From positions 1-61,984 of the forward strand of contig CALGTU010000028.1 of assembly GCA_937901465.1 (NCBI GenBank): 61,984 nt of DNA. Reading direction: 5' to 3'. The translations under genes and the position numbers were made by a program. Shown piece by piece: positions 18,274 to 27,317 of the stretch. The first letter of the stretch is position 1, and every line of letters begins with the position of its first letter. The stretch is from an uncultured Clostridia bacterium (GTDB lineage: Bacteria; Bacillota; Clostridia; Oscillospirales; Ruminococcaceae). The notes under the pieces are model-generated. The model had not been told where the DNA came from and did not search any database. It saw only the letters and a program-made list of their open reading frames with translations.

Positions 18274-19581
18274 ATGGAACTTTCCGATTTCAGAAAAACG
18301 GTTGACAATGCGAATTTTTATCGCAGAATGGGAAAAATCGAAAAGATAATCGGTATGACCATTGAAGCCTCGGGTCCCGAATGTAACCTTGGCGATATCT
18401 GCCGAATCTACCTCAAAGGCGAGAGCGACAAATACATATTTGCCGAAGTAACGGGATTTTCTGATAACAAGATAATACTTATGCCCTATGCCGATATCGA
18501 AGGTATAGGCCCCGGAAGTATAGTAGACTCAACGGGGGATAAGCTTTCCGTCAACTGCACAGACGCCTTGGTCGGCAGAATCATTGACGCGGTAGGCGAC
18601 CCCCTTGATGATAAAGGCCCTATTCCAAGGGGCGAAAAACGAAACATAGCAGGAGAACCTGTAAACCCTTTGACCCGCCCCGCAATCCACGATATTCTCC
18701 CTTTGGGAGTTAAGGCTATCGACGGAATGCTTACTATCGGCAGAGGACAAAGAATGGGAATTTTCGCAGGTTCGGGCGTTGGAAAATCAACCCTTATGGG
18801 AATGATTGCAAGAGAAGTAAAGGCGGATATAAACGTCATTGCCCTTGTAGGAGAACGTGGACGAGAAGTTTTAGAATTCATTCAGAGGGATTTAGGCCCT
18901 AAAGGAATGGCACGTTCTGTTCTCGTTGTTGCAACATCAGACCAGCCCGCTATGATGAGAAACAAATGCCCCATGACAGCAACAGCCATTGCGGAATATT
19001 TCAAGGATAAAGGACTAAACGTTCTTCTGATGATGGATAGTTTAACACGTTACGCTATGGCACAGAGAGAGATAGGTCTTGCAACGGGTGAAGCACCCAT
19101 AGCAAGAGGATATACTCCCTCAATCTATACAACAATGCCAAAACTACTCGAAAGAGCGGGAAATTTTGAAAAAGGCTCAATAACGGGAATATATACAGTT
19201 CTCGTTGAGGGTGATGATACAAACGAACCTATCTCGGATACAGTCCGCGGTATTATCGACGGGCATATAATCCTTTCGAGAAAGGTTGCCGCTAAAAACC
19301 ATTATCCCGCTATAGATATTTTAGGAAGCGTTTCAAGACTTATGTCTGAAATTGCCCCTAAGGAACAGAAAGTCGCAGCATCGAGACTTCGTAATCTTCT
19401 TTCTTTATATGAAGACAATTTCGACCTTATCTCAATAGGTGCATATAAAAAAGGTTCTAATAAAGCACTCGATGAAGCGATAATGAAAATCGACAAGATA
19501 AACGGTTTTTTAACACAGGAAATCGACGACTCATTTGAATTTGACGATACAGTAAAGATGCTTAAAGAGGCGGTCGGATAA
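18274..19581 (+). CDS. fliI: Flagellum-specific ATPase FliI
   Basis: Walker A GSGVGKST, Walker B LLMMDSLTR, F1-ATPase-like fold. Confidence 0.97.
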   Translation: MELSDFRKTVDNANFYRRMGKIEKIIGMTIEASGPECNLGDICRIYLKGESDKYIFAEVTGFSDNKIILMPYADIEGIGPGSIVDSTGDKLSVNCTDALVGRIIDAVGDPLDDKGPIPRGEKRNIAGEPVNPLTRPAIHDILPLGVKAIDGMLTIGRGQRMGIFAGSGVGKSTLMGMIAREVKADINVIALVGERGREVLEFIQRDLGPKGMARSVLVVATSDQPAMMRNKCPMTATAIAEYFKDKGLNVLLMMDSLTRYAMAQREIGLATGEAPIARGYTPSIYTTMPKLLERAGNFEKGSITGIYTVLVEGDDTNEPISDTVRGIIDGHIILSRKVAAKNHYPAIDILGSVSRLMSEIAPKEQKVAASRLRNLLSLYEDNFDLISIGAYKKGSNKALDEAIMKIDKINGFLTQEIDDSFEFDDTVKMLKEAVG

Positions 19582-19583
19582 AA

Positions 19584-20027
19584 TTGAAGAAGTTTAAATT
19601 CTCGCTCGATAAACTGAAAAGTTTCAAAGAGCAGATAAAAAAACGTGAAGAAAATACTTTAGCGGCACTTCGTGCCGAACAGCTTGAAAAACTTCACGAA
19701 AAGGAAGAACTTTTAAAAGAGCTTGACCGCAGAAACGCAGAGTTTGTAAGAAAATCCGCCGCGGGAATGACCGCTATGGAAATGGTTACAGAAAAGGGCT
19801 TTATAAGTTATATACTCGATAGCATAAAGGCCAAGGACAAAGAAATAAGCGTTCTTTCTGCAAGGATAAACAAACAGCTTATGGTTGTTACCGAAGCTTC
19901 GAGAGAGGTTCAGACCTTAGAAAAACTAGAAGAAAAACAGTTTGACGAATACAAATTCAAAGAGAGAAAAGCCGATGAGGCGTTTATCGAAGAATATGTA
20001 GGAAACCGCCGTCATTACGGCAACTAG
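19584..20027 (+). CDS. fliJ: Flagellar export chaperone FliJ
   Basis: 147-aa coiled coil beginning KFKFSLDKLKSFKE, plus its position. Confidence 0.75.
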   Translation: MKKFKFSLDKLKSFKEQIKKREENTLAALRAEQLEKLHEKEELLKELDRRNAEFVRKSAAGMTAMEMVTEKGFISYILDSIKAKDKEISVLSARINKQLMVVTEASREVQTLEKLEEKQFDEYKFKERKADEAFIEEYVGNRRHYGN

Positions 20028-20087
20028 ATTCGGTATAAGGCGATATGCTTTATATATATACTTTATAATATGAAAGGAGTGAAAGTT

Positions 20088-21713
20088 ATGGCAATGTTAC
20101 CAATCAAGGAAAATCTTCTTGATTACAGCCAGTCGTATGAATTTTCCGAAAGAAAGGAAAAGGAAGAGGTTGTAAGTGATGAATTCTATAATTCGTTGCT
20201 CAAGAAGGTTGACGCAGCTTCAAAGAAGACCCAGATTATGAACCAGAAGGAAGAAAAGCCGATTTCAAAGGACGATGACGTTTCTTCATTTGTAAAGGAA
20301 ACAATTGAAGATGTTTTCGACGGCACTTACGGAGTGAATTTCAAGGACGGTTATTCTATTCTCGATGACGAAGACAAAGCAGAATTCGAAAAAATCATTC
20401 TTGAGATAATCAATGCTCTTGAAGGCGAAATCGCAGATGCAGACAATGTCGGCGATGTTCAGAGTCTTATGGAAAGAATCTTCCCCGAAGACAATGCGTT
20501 CATCAATCCTTACAGCGATGTCAGAGAAGCACTTTTAGAACTCAAGAGAGATGGTGACGCAACACCCGAAGACCTCATGAAAGAAATAGTTCCCATGATT
20601 CTTGAAGCTTCTACAAAGGTTTCAGCAGAAACAACCTATGAATACGGAGTTGTAAAGGTTGACGACGAAGAAATGTCGCTTAATGAAATGCTCGAAGCTA
20701 TGCAGGAAATCGCAGCGATGATAACTGAGGTAAACGAAGGCGCTGAAGAAAATCCCGAACTTCTTCCCGAAGAAAACCCCGAAGTTCCTGAAATTCCCGA
20801 AACACCTGAGGTTCCCGAAACTCCCGAGGTGCCTGAAACACCGGAAACACCGGAAACACCAGAAGTTCCCGAAGTTCCCGAGACACCCGAAGTTCCCGAA
20901 ACTCCCGAAGTTCCCGAAACTCCCGAAGTTCCCGAAACTCCTGAGGTTCCTGAAGTTCCCGAGACACCTGAAGTTCCTGAAACACCTGAAGTTCCTGAAA
21001 CACCCGAGGTTCCCGAAACACCTGAAGTTTCAGATGAAGAAGAAACACCCGAAGTTCCTGCCCCTGTTGAAAACGAAGAAGAAACATCGACAGAAGAACA
21101 TCTTGAATCACCCGCTGAAATGGTTGAACTTTTATCAAGAAACGGTTTTTCTACAACATCAACAAGCTTTACAAGAAACACAACAGAGCTTGAAGAAATC
21201 GCAGTTTCATCAATCTCACAGCAGAACATTCAGAATTTCGGCAACATAGCAAACTTCGATGAAGCAACAATGCAGTCGGTTCAGAGACAGGTTATAACAG
21301 CAACACAGGAAATCATGGGAAGACTCACAGTCAACTCAACAGAGGATATAAACCTCGTTCTCAACCCCGAAAATCTTGGCAGAATTTCAGTAAGACTCAC
21401 AAATCAGGGCGGCGATATCATCATAAGAATAGCGGCTGAAAGTGAAGAAACACAGGCTATTCTCAGAGACAGACTTCCTTCTCTTATGCAGAGTCTGACA
21501 GAAATCAATAATTCTGTAAGAGAAATCACAGTTGAAGAAATTTCACAGTCAGCAGAAATGCAGGCAAACCTTATGTTCGGAAACGGAAATCAGAACGCAG
21601 ACAGCGGTTCAGAACAGAATTCCTACAACGGCAATGAAGCAGTTGAAGAAATTTCCGAAACAGCAGAAACAGATTCTATGAAAGGAGTCAGCAGATTATG
21701 GCAGAAAGCGTAA
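20088..21713 (+). CDS. fliK: Flagellar hook-length control protein FliK
   Basis: C-terminal Flg_hook-like block LVLNPENLGRISVRLTNQGGDIIIRIAAESEET and a central PE[TVI] repeat ruler. ATG 20088 has an AAAGGAG RBS, so the ORF-track start at 20070 is rejected. Confidence 0.85.
   Translation: MAMLPIKENLLDYSQSYEFSERKEKEEVVSDEFYNSLLKKVDAASKKTQIMNQKEEKPISKDDDVSSFVKETIEDVFDGTYGVNFKDGYSILDDEDKAEFEKIILEIINALEGEIADADNVGDVQSLMERIFPEDNAFINPYSDVREALLELKRDGDATPEDLMKEIVPMILEASTKVSAETTYEYGVVKVDDEEMSLNEMLEAMQEIAAMITEVNEGAEENPELLPEENPEVPEIPETPEVPETPEVPETPETPETPEVPEVPETPEVPETPEVPETPEVPETPEVPEVPETPEVPETPEVPETPEVPETPEVSDEEETPEVPAPVENEEETSTEEHLESPAEMVELLSRNGFSTTSTSFTRNTTELEEIAVSSISQQNIQNFGNIANFDEATMQSVQRQVITATQEIMGRLTVNSTEDINLVLNPENLGRISVRLTNQGGDIIIRIAAESEETQAILRDRLPSLMQSLTEINNSVREITVEEISQSAEMQANLMFGNGNQNADSGSEQNSYNGNEAVEEISETAETDSMKGVSRLWQKA
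20778..21029 (+). repeat. 28 tandem 9-bp (Pro-Glu-Thr/Val/Ile) coding repeats inside fliK
   Basis: Reads directly as PEV PEI PET PEV PET PEV and so on, from near-identical CCNGARRYN units. Confidence 0.95.
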
Positions 21714-22231
21714 ACGGAATGTTCACATCATCAGCAGAACAGATAGCAAGTAACTATGAGAAATATAAAGACAATTTCGCCAAAGACCCCACACAGTCTT
21801 TAGGACAGATGGACTTTTTGAATCTTATGGTTGAACAGCTTAAGAATCAGGATTTCAACAATCCTCAGAGCGACACAGAATTCATCGCACAGATGGCACA
21901 GTTCTCAGCCCTTGAAGCACAGCAGCAGAATCTTTTATATGCACAGGGCAATTACGCAACATCACTTCTCGGAAAAGCAGTAAAAGTCGGAACAGTAACA
22001 GAAGATTCAGTAAATGTTGCAGACCAGGGACTTGTTACAAGCGTTTTCAAGCAGGGCGAAGATTATTATGTTCTTGTCAATAACCAGAAATACAAACTCT
22101 CACAGGTTATAGGCGTTGACGAAGCATATCAGGTAAACCCCGAAAAATTCGCAGGCGAAGCGAGTGCTGATGTTATTGAAGATGAATTTTCTGATATTTT
22201 AGAAGACACATCGCTCTTTGAAACAATCTGA
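21698..22231 (+). CDS. flgD: Flagellar hook assembly (capping) protein FlgD
   Basis: LGQMDFLNLMVEQLKNQDFNNPQSDTEFIAQMAQFSALE. Confidence 0.9.
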   Translation: MAESVNGMFTSSAEQIASNYEKYKDNFAKDPTQSLGQMDFLNLMVEQLKNQDFNNPQSDTEFIAQMAQFSALEAQQQNLLYAQGNYATSLLGKAVKVGTVTEDSVNVADQGLVTSVFKQGEDYYVLVNNQKYKLSQVIGVDEAYQVNPEKFAGEASADVIEDEFSDILEDTSLFETI

Positions 22232-22255
22232 AATCCCTTTTGAGAGAGGTAAAAA

Positions 22256-22654
22256 ATGCTTATAAATGAATATTTGAGATCAAGGGGCGTTTCTCAGGTA
22301 ACAACGGGCAATGCAGTTCAGCTGCCTCAGGTAACCGAAGATGTAAAGAACAGTCCGTTTGCCGAAAAACTGAAAGAAAAACTCTCAGAAACACCGGGTG
22401 GAGTTGAATTTTCAAAGCATGCTATCGAAAGACTCGAAGACAGAAACATCGATTTAAGCGAAAGCGATATGCTTGAAAGACTCAACAAGGCGGTAGAGGT
22501 TGCTCAGGAAAAAGGCTCAAGGGATACACTCGTTTTAGTTGACGAAACAGCGTTCGTGGTCTCGGTAAAAAACAATAAGGTTATAACAACATTATCCGAA
22601 GAGGATATGCAGGGAAACATTTTCACAAACATTGATTCAACCGTTATTATGTAA
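22256..22654 (+). CDS. Flagellar operon protein of unknown function (flgD-flgE interposed family, TIGR02530-like)
   Basis: Its position and size (132 aa) match the conserved Firmicute gene between flgD and flgE. FSKHAIERLEDRNI motif. Confidence 0.6.
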   Translation: MLINEYLRSRGVSQVTTGNAVQLPQVTEDVKNSPFAEKLKEKLSETPGGVEFSKHAIERLEDRNIDLSESDMLERLNKAVEVAQEKGSRDTLVLVDETAFVVSVKNNKVITTLSEEDMQGNIFTNIDSTVIM

Positions 22655-22773
22655 AAAGGCAGGACTTGAAAAAGATGCTTACTGTAAAGGTCGAATATCT
22701 TTACAGACCATATATAGCGGTTGGTAACCCCTAAACACACTTTACTATTATTATTTTAAAAGGAGTGCATATT

Positions 22774-24120
22774 ATGTTAAGATCATTATTCTCAGGCGTT
22801 GCCGGCCTTACTTCTCACCAGACAAAACTCGACGTTATAGGTAACAACATCGCGAACGTTAATACATACGGATTCAAATCAAGCCGCGTTACTTTCAGTG
22901 ACGTTTACTATCAGACAACAAAAGCGGCAACAGGCGCTACAATGGAACAGGGTGGTATCAACTCATCACAGATAGGTTATGGTTCAACTGTTTCAAGTAT
23001 CGATAAGATGATGAGCCAGTCTGCATTCGCATCAACATCAAACACACTCGACGTTGCTATCTCAGGTGAAGGCTTTATTCAGGTTCAGGATAAAACAGGT
23101 AACAAGTTCTTCACAAGAGCAGGTATGATGAACGTTGACGCAGAAGGTAACCTCGTTGACTCAAAGGGTTATTTCGTTCTCGGTACACAGAACTATGAAC
23201 CTACAAGCCTTGCCGCTATGTCACCCACAGCAGGCAACTCAAAGATCAACATCAAGGTTCCCGATGTTCACGTTGCACAGACAGAGCCTATCGATCTCGA
23301 GCCTGCTCCAAGTGGTGTAACAGGTGCAACAGTCAAGGCGGGCTTTTTAGCAGGCGACCAGACAGACATCACTCTCACACTCACAACAGGCGCAGGAAAA
23401 ACAGCTGTTACTGCTTATGACGCAACAGGAAATCCCGCAACTCTCGAAATAAACATCAGCGATGCTGATATGGCGAAGATAAATAACGGCGGAACAATCG
23501 GCGATCTTCAGGACAGAATCAACCAGGCTATCGAAGCCGAACTCGGAAGCCCCACAATTCTTGAAGACCCCAACGACCCTGCTAGCGCTCCTGTTTTCAC
23601 AGAAGACACATTCAAGGGCGGAAAGATTTCACTTTCTCTCGATACATCAGAAGCAACAGGAACACTTTCAGCTGAAGATAACAAGGCTTTACAGAAAGAC
23701 GCTATCGCAAAGCTTATGGGCAATCCTCTTGTTATGGAAAGCGAAATCGAAGAACAGTCATTCGCTGATCTTTCAAGCTTCTATATCAGCGGCGACGGTA
23801 CACTCGTTGGTGTTCATTCAGTTCACGGAATGCTCTATTTCGGAAGAATCGACCTTGCTACATTCGATAACCCTCAGGGTCTTAACGAAGCAGGTTCATC
23901 ATACTTCCAGGAAAGTGCCGCTTCAGGTTCACCCAAATACTGTATCCCCGGTTATGAAGGCTCAGGCGCAGTAGTTTCAGGTTCACTCGAAATGTCAAAC
24001 GTTAACCTCGCAACAGAATTCTCAGACCTTATCACAACACAGAGAGGTTTCCAGGCTAACTCAAGAATCATCACAACTTCAGACTCTATTCTTGAAGAAC
24101 TCGTAAACCTCAAGAGATAA
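22774..24120 (+). CDS. flgE: Flagellar hook protein FlgE
   Basis: MLRSLFSGVAGL..HQTKLDVIGNNIANVNT N-terminus and TTQRGFQANSRIITTSD..L.ELVNLKR C-terminus. ATG 22774 lies 8 nt after AAGGAG. Confidence 0.95.
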   Translation: MLRSLFSGVAGLTSHQTKLDVIGNNIANVNTYGFKSSRVTFSDVYYQTTKAATGATMEQGGINSSQIGYGSTVSSIDKMMSQSAFASTSNTLDVAISGEGFIQVQDKTGNKFFTRAGMMNVDAEGNLVDSKGYFVLGTQNYEPTSLAAMSPTAGNSKINIKVPDVHVAQTEPIDLEPAPSGVTGATVKAGFLAGDQTDITLTLTTGAGKTAVTAYDATGNPATLEINISDADMAKINNGGTIGDLQDRINQAIEAELGSPTILEDPNDPASAPVFTEDTFKGGKISLSLDTSEATGTLSAEDNKALQKDAIAKLMGNPLVMESEIEEQSFADLSSFYISGDGTLVGVHSVHGMLYFGRIDLATFDNPQGLNEAGSSYFQESAASGSPKYCIPGYEGSGAVVSGSLEMSNVNLATEFSDLITTQRGFQANSRIITTSDSILEELVNLKR

Positions 24121-24140
24121 TTAAAATCTGAATAGTTTAG

Positions 24141-24164
24141 GGGGAGGGATTTTCCTCCCTCCCC
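24141..24164 (+). other. GC-rich stem-loop without a U-tract between flgE and flbD
   Basis: GGGGAGGGA-TTTTCC-TCCCTCCCC, a 9-bp perfect stem. Confidence 0.7.
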
Positions 24165-24187
24165 ATAAATAAGATGAGAGGTATATT

Positions 24188-24376
24188 ATGATAAAACTTA
24201 CACATCTTGACGGAAATGAATTTCTTCTCAACGAATTCTACATCGAAACGATAGAATGTTCTCCCGATACCATAATCGCTATGCAGAATGGTCAGAGAAT
24301 TATCGTTAAGGAAGATTTGGAAGAAATTATGGCAAAGATCAGAGCATATCAGAAATCCTTTAAATCTGCAAAGTAA
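24188..24376 (+). CDS. flbD: Flagellar protein FlbD
   Basis: MIKLTHLDGNEFLLN...IE......I....G....VKE family pattern, 62 aa, located upstream of motA. Confidence 0.85.
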   Translation: MIKLTHLDGNEFLLNEFYIETIECSPDTIIAMQNGQRIIVKEDLEEIMAKIRAYQKSFKSAK

Positions 24377-24400
24377 AATAACTCGGAGGAAAGACATCAA

Positions 24401-25282
24401 ATGAACGGTAAAACCAAAATCAACATATCGGGAATCATAGGGCTTGTTTTAGCGCTCGTTCTCGTTATAATTCTCGGTATGGCATATACAACTGTTACCA
24501 ACGACGACGGTACGGTTTCAGCGATGATCGATTTCAAACAGCTTCTCAACTTCTGGGACGTTACATCGGTTGCAATCACCGTCGGAGGAACTATCGGTGC
24601 GCTTATTTTCGGATTCCCTTGGAGCGTTCTTAAAACCGTTCCCAAAATGCTTAAAATAGCATTTGCACCTAAAAAATATGACCCTTATGCCGTTATCGAA
24701 GAAATGGTTGATTATTGTAAAACCGCAAGAATGAAGGGTATTCTTCAGCTTGAAGAATCGGCAAACGCCTGTAAAGACCCCTTTACAAAAGCAGCACTTA
24801 TGCTTATAGTTGACGCTAACGACAGCGACAAGGTAAGACAGATGCTTGATGACAGCATAGATTTCATGTGTGAAAGACACGAATCAAATATGGCATTCTT
24901 TACCCGTGGTTCAGCAGTAGCTCCCGCATTCGGTATGCTCGGAACTCTCGTTGGTCTTATCAACATGCTTAAATCGATGGACCCTTCAAATTCATCTTCA
25001 GCATCAGGACTCGGTGCTGCGATGTCAGTAGCTCTCGTTACAACACTTTACGGAAGTTTCCTTGCAAACGTATTGTTTACTCCCATAGGTTCACTCTGTA
25101 AATACAATCACGAACAGGAACTTTTATGTATGCAGATAGTTGAAGAGGGAGCACTTGCAATAGTTTCAGGTGCTAACCCGAGATACGTTCAGGAAAAGCT
25201 TGAAATGATGCTTCCCAAAACAGAAGTTGACAAGCGTAAGGGCGGCGGAAAGAAAAAAGCCGCGGCTGATGAACAGAAATAA
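24401..25282 (+). CDS. motA: Flagellar stator protein MotA
   Basis: Four TM segments and the MotA/TolQ/ExbB channel motif AFGMLGTLVGLI..L. Confidence 0.9.
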   Translation: MNGKTKINISGIIGLVLALVLVIILGMAYTTVTNDDGTVSAMIDFKQLLNFWDVTSVAITVGGTIGALIFGFPWSVLKTVPKMLKIAFAPKKYDPYAVIEEMVDYCKTARMKGILQLEESANACKDPFTKAALMLIVDANDSDKVRQMLDDSIDFMCERHESNMAFFTRGSAVAPAFGMLGTLVGLINMLKSMDPSNSSSASGLGAAMSVALVTTLYGSFLANVLFTPIGSLCKYNHEQELLCMQIVEEGALAIVSGANPRYVQEKLEMMLPKTEVDKRKGGGKKKAAADEQK

Positions 25283-25318
25283 TAACAAACAATACTAAAC
25301 AAGACAGGAAGTGAGAGA

Positions 25319-26272
25319 ATGGCAAGAAGAAGAGGCGGCGGTGACGGCGAAAGCGGCGGAAGCTGGCTTGATACCTATGCCGATATGATAACGCTTATAC
25401 TCTGCTTTTTCGTACTTCTTTACTCAATGTCCACGATGGACGAAGCGAAATTCCAGTATATCGCACAGGCATTTTCATCAATGGGTAAAATCATAAACGC
25501 GGTAGTTGCTGAACAGGTTGATGTTTTGGACCCTACGGGAAATCTTCTCGAAGACCCCGAGCTCAACGCTTCTCAGGTTGCTGAAACACCCGAAACTTTC
25601 GATCAGCTCTATCAGTTCCTTTCACAGTTCATAGCAGATAATGATTTATCGGCTTCTATCGAACTTGAAAAGGGTGCAGCGGGAATAACTCTCAGATTCA
25701 GGGATAATATCTTCTTTGAACCCGACAGCGCAACGCTTCAGCCTTCAGGCAGAAAGGTTTTAGAGGGAATAGCTCCCGCTTTCAAATCGGTTGACCATTT
25801 GATTTTAGGGATAAAAGTAAGCGGACATACCGCAAGAGCACCCGCATCTCCCGTCGATGAATGGACTCTTTCATCAGACAGAGCAAACAATGTTGTAAGA
25901 TATATGATGGAACTCGATTTCATCTCTCCCGATAAATTATCATCATCGGGTTATGGCGGATATCGTCCTGTCGATACAAACGACACTCCCGAAGGAAGAA
26001 GAAACAACCGAAGAGTTGAAATTACAATAGCAAGAAGCGATGTTGACTACTCTAACCCCGCCGTTATTCAGGAATTTTTAGATATGGAATACGGCAAGAA
26101 CAAGGTAAATGTCGCACCCATAGACGCTCTCGGAAATGTTATCTATACAGGTAACGAACTTCCTTCAGAAACAGAAAACGAAGAAAATCTCCCCGAAGAA
26201 ACAGAGGGAGAAGAAACAGAAGTTACAGACGAAACAACTGAAAATCCCGAGGAAACAACGGATACCGAATAA
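25319..26272 (+). CDS. motB: Flagellar stator protein MotB (OmpA-like C-terminus, acidic tail)
   Basis: WLDTYADMITLILCFFVLL contains the conserved Asp plug/TM region. The OmpA-like SGHT..........W.LS..RA..V and NRRVEI motifs follow. Confidence 0.9.
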   Translation: MARRRGGGDGESGGSWLDTYADMITLILCFFVLLYSMSTMDEAKFQYIAQAFSSMGKIINAVVAEQVDVLDPTGNLLEDPELNASQVAETPETFDQLYQFLSQFIADNDLSASIELEKGAAGITLRFRDNIFFEPDSATLQPSGRKVLEGIAPAFKSVDHLILGIKVSGHTARAPASPVDEWTLSSDRANNVVRYMMELDFISPDKLSSSGYGGYRPVDTNDTPEGRRNNRRVEITIARSDVDYSNPAVIQEFLDMEYGKNKVNVAPIDALGNVIYTGNELPSETENEENLPEETEGEETEVTDETTENPEETTDTE

Positions 26273-26306
26273 ATAAATCCAGCACGAAAGGAGGGGGTTT
26301 TGCTGT

Positions 26307-27302
26307 ATGGCTGACGTTTTATCCCAGAAACAGATTGACGAACTGCTGAACAGTTTCAGTGCCAACGGTTCGAAAGTCTTTGAAGAAATCGGCGAAAATA
26401 CGGATAAAAAAGCCAAGGTTTACGACTTCAAAATGCCGAAGAAGTTTACCAAGGAAAAACTTAAAATCATAGACAGCATCTATGAAAACTACAGCAGACT
26501 GCTATCCTCTTACCTTACGGGACTAATGCGTGTCTACTGCAAGGTTGATGTTCTTCAGATAGAAGAACAGAAATACTATGAATACAACAACGCTCTTCCC
26601 GATTATGTTCTTATGGCGATAGTAAATCTTGATATAGACGATGAGGATATTATGGATACCTCTATGATATTCCAGATGTCAAACCCCATATCGTTCACAA
26701 TGATGGACAGACTTATGGGCGGTTACGGAACATACAGCGATGTTTCGAGAGACTTTACCGAAATTGAAATCGGTCTTATGAAAGGCATTATTTCAAAAAT
26801 GGTTGAACTTCAGGGTGAAGCCTGGTCAAGCCACCTTGAAATAAACCCGAAAATGTCCCGTCTCGAAACAAACGCGAGAGTTTTCCAGTCAATAGGGCCC
26901 GACGACATCATCATTCTCATAATGCTTGAAGTTGAAATCAAGAATATCAAGAATACCATATCGGTATGTATCCCCGCTCTGAACCTTGAAGCGATGATGG
27001 CAAAGTTTGCCGACAGATACGCTATGAGAAAGCGTTTTGACCCCGCTAAAGAAGAAGAAAGAAGAGAAGAAATTTTAAGAGGAATAAAAGAAACTCCCCT
27101 TAAAATCGACGCAATACTTGCTGAAACGCAGGTTGACCTCTATGATATTCTTACTTTACAGGTTAACGATATTATCCCTCTTAATGTAAGCATAGATAAG
27201 AATGTAAATGTTAAGATAGGCGATAATATATGGTTTGATGGCAAACTAGGAACATACAACAACAAGAAAGCCATAAAAATAGATAACATATACAAGAATT
27301 GA
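26307..27302 (+). CDS. fliM: Flagellar motor switch protein FliM
   Basis: N-terminal VLSQKQIDELL (CheY-P binding peptide), a CheC-like middle domain and a SpoA-like C-terminus. Confidence 0.95.
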   Translation: MADVLSQKQIDELLNSFSANGSKVFEEIGENTDKKAKVYDFKMPKKFTKEKLKIIDSIYENYSRLLSSYLTGLMRVYCKVDVLQIEEQKYYEYNNALPDYVLMAIVNLDIDDEDIMDTSMIFQMSNPISFTMMDRLMGGYGTYSDVSRDFTEIEIGLMKGIISKMVELQGEAWSSHLEINPKMSRLETNARVFQSIGPDDIIILIMLEVEIKNIKNTISVCIPALNLEAMMAKFADRYAMRKRFDPAKEEERREEILRGIKETPLKIDAILAETQVDLYDILTLQVNDIIPLNVSIDKNVNVKIGDNIWFDGKLGTYNNKKAIKIDNIYKN

Positions 27303-27317
27303 GGTTGATGAAACAAG

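Noticed and set aside
20636-21229. 197-aa and 146-aa minus-strand ORFs with SGVSGT/ELQVF repeats.
   Set aside because: They are mirror images of the fliK PE[TV] repeat array. They have no RBS and lie wholly inside a confidently assigned gene.
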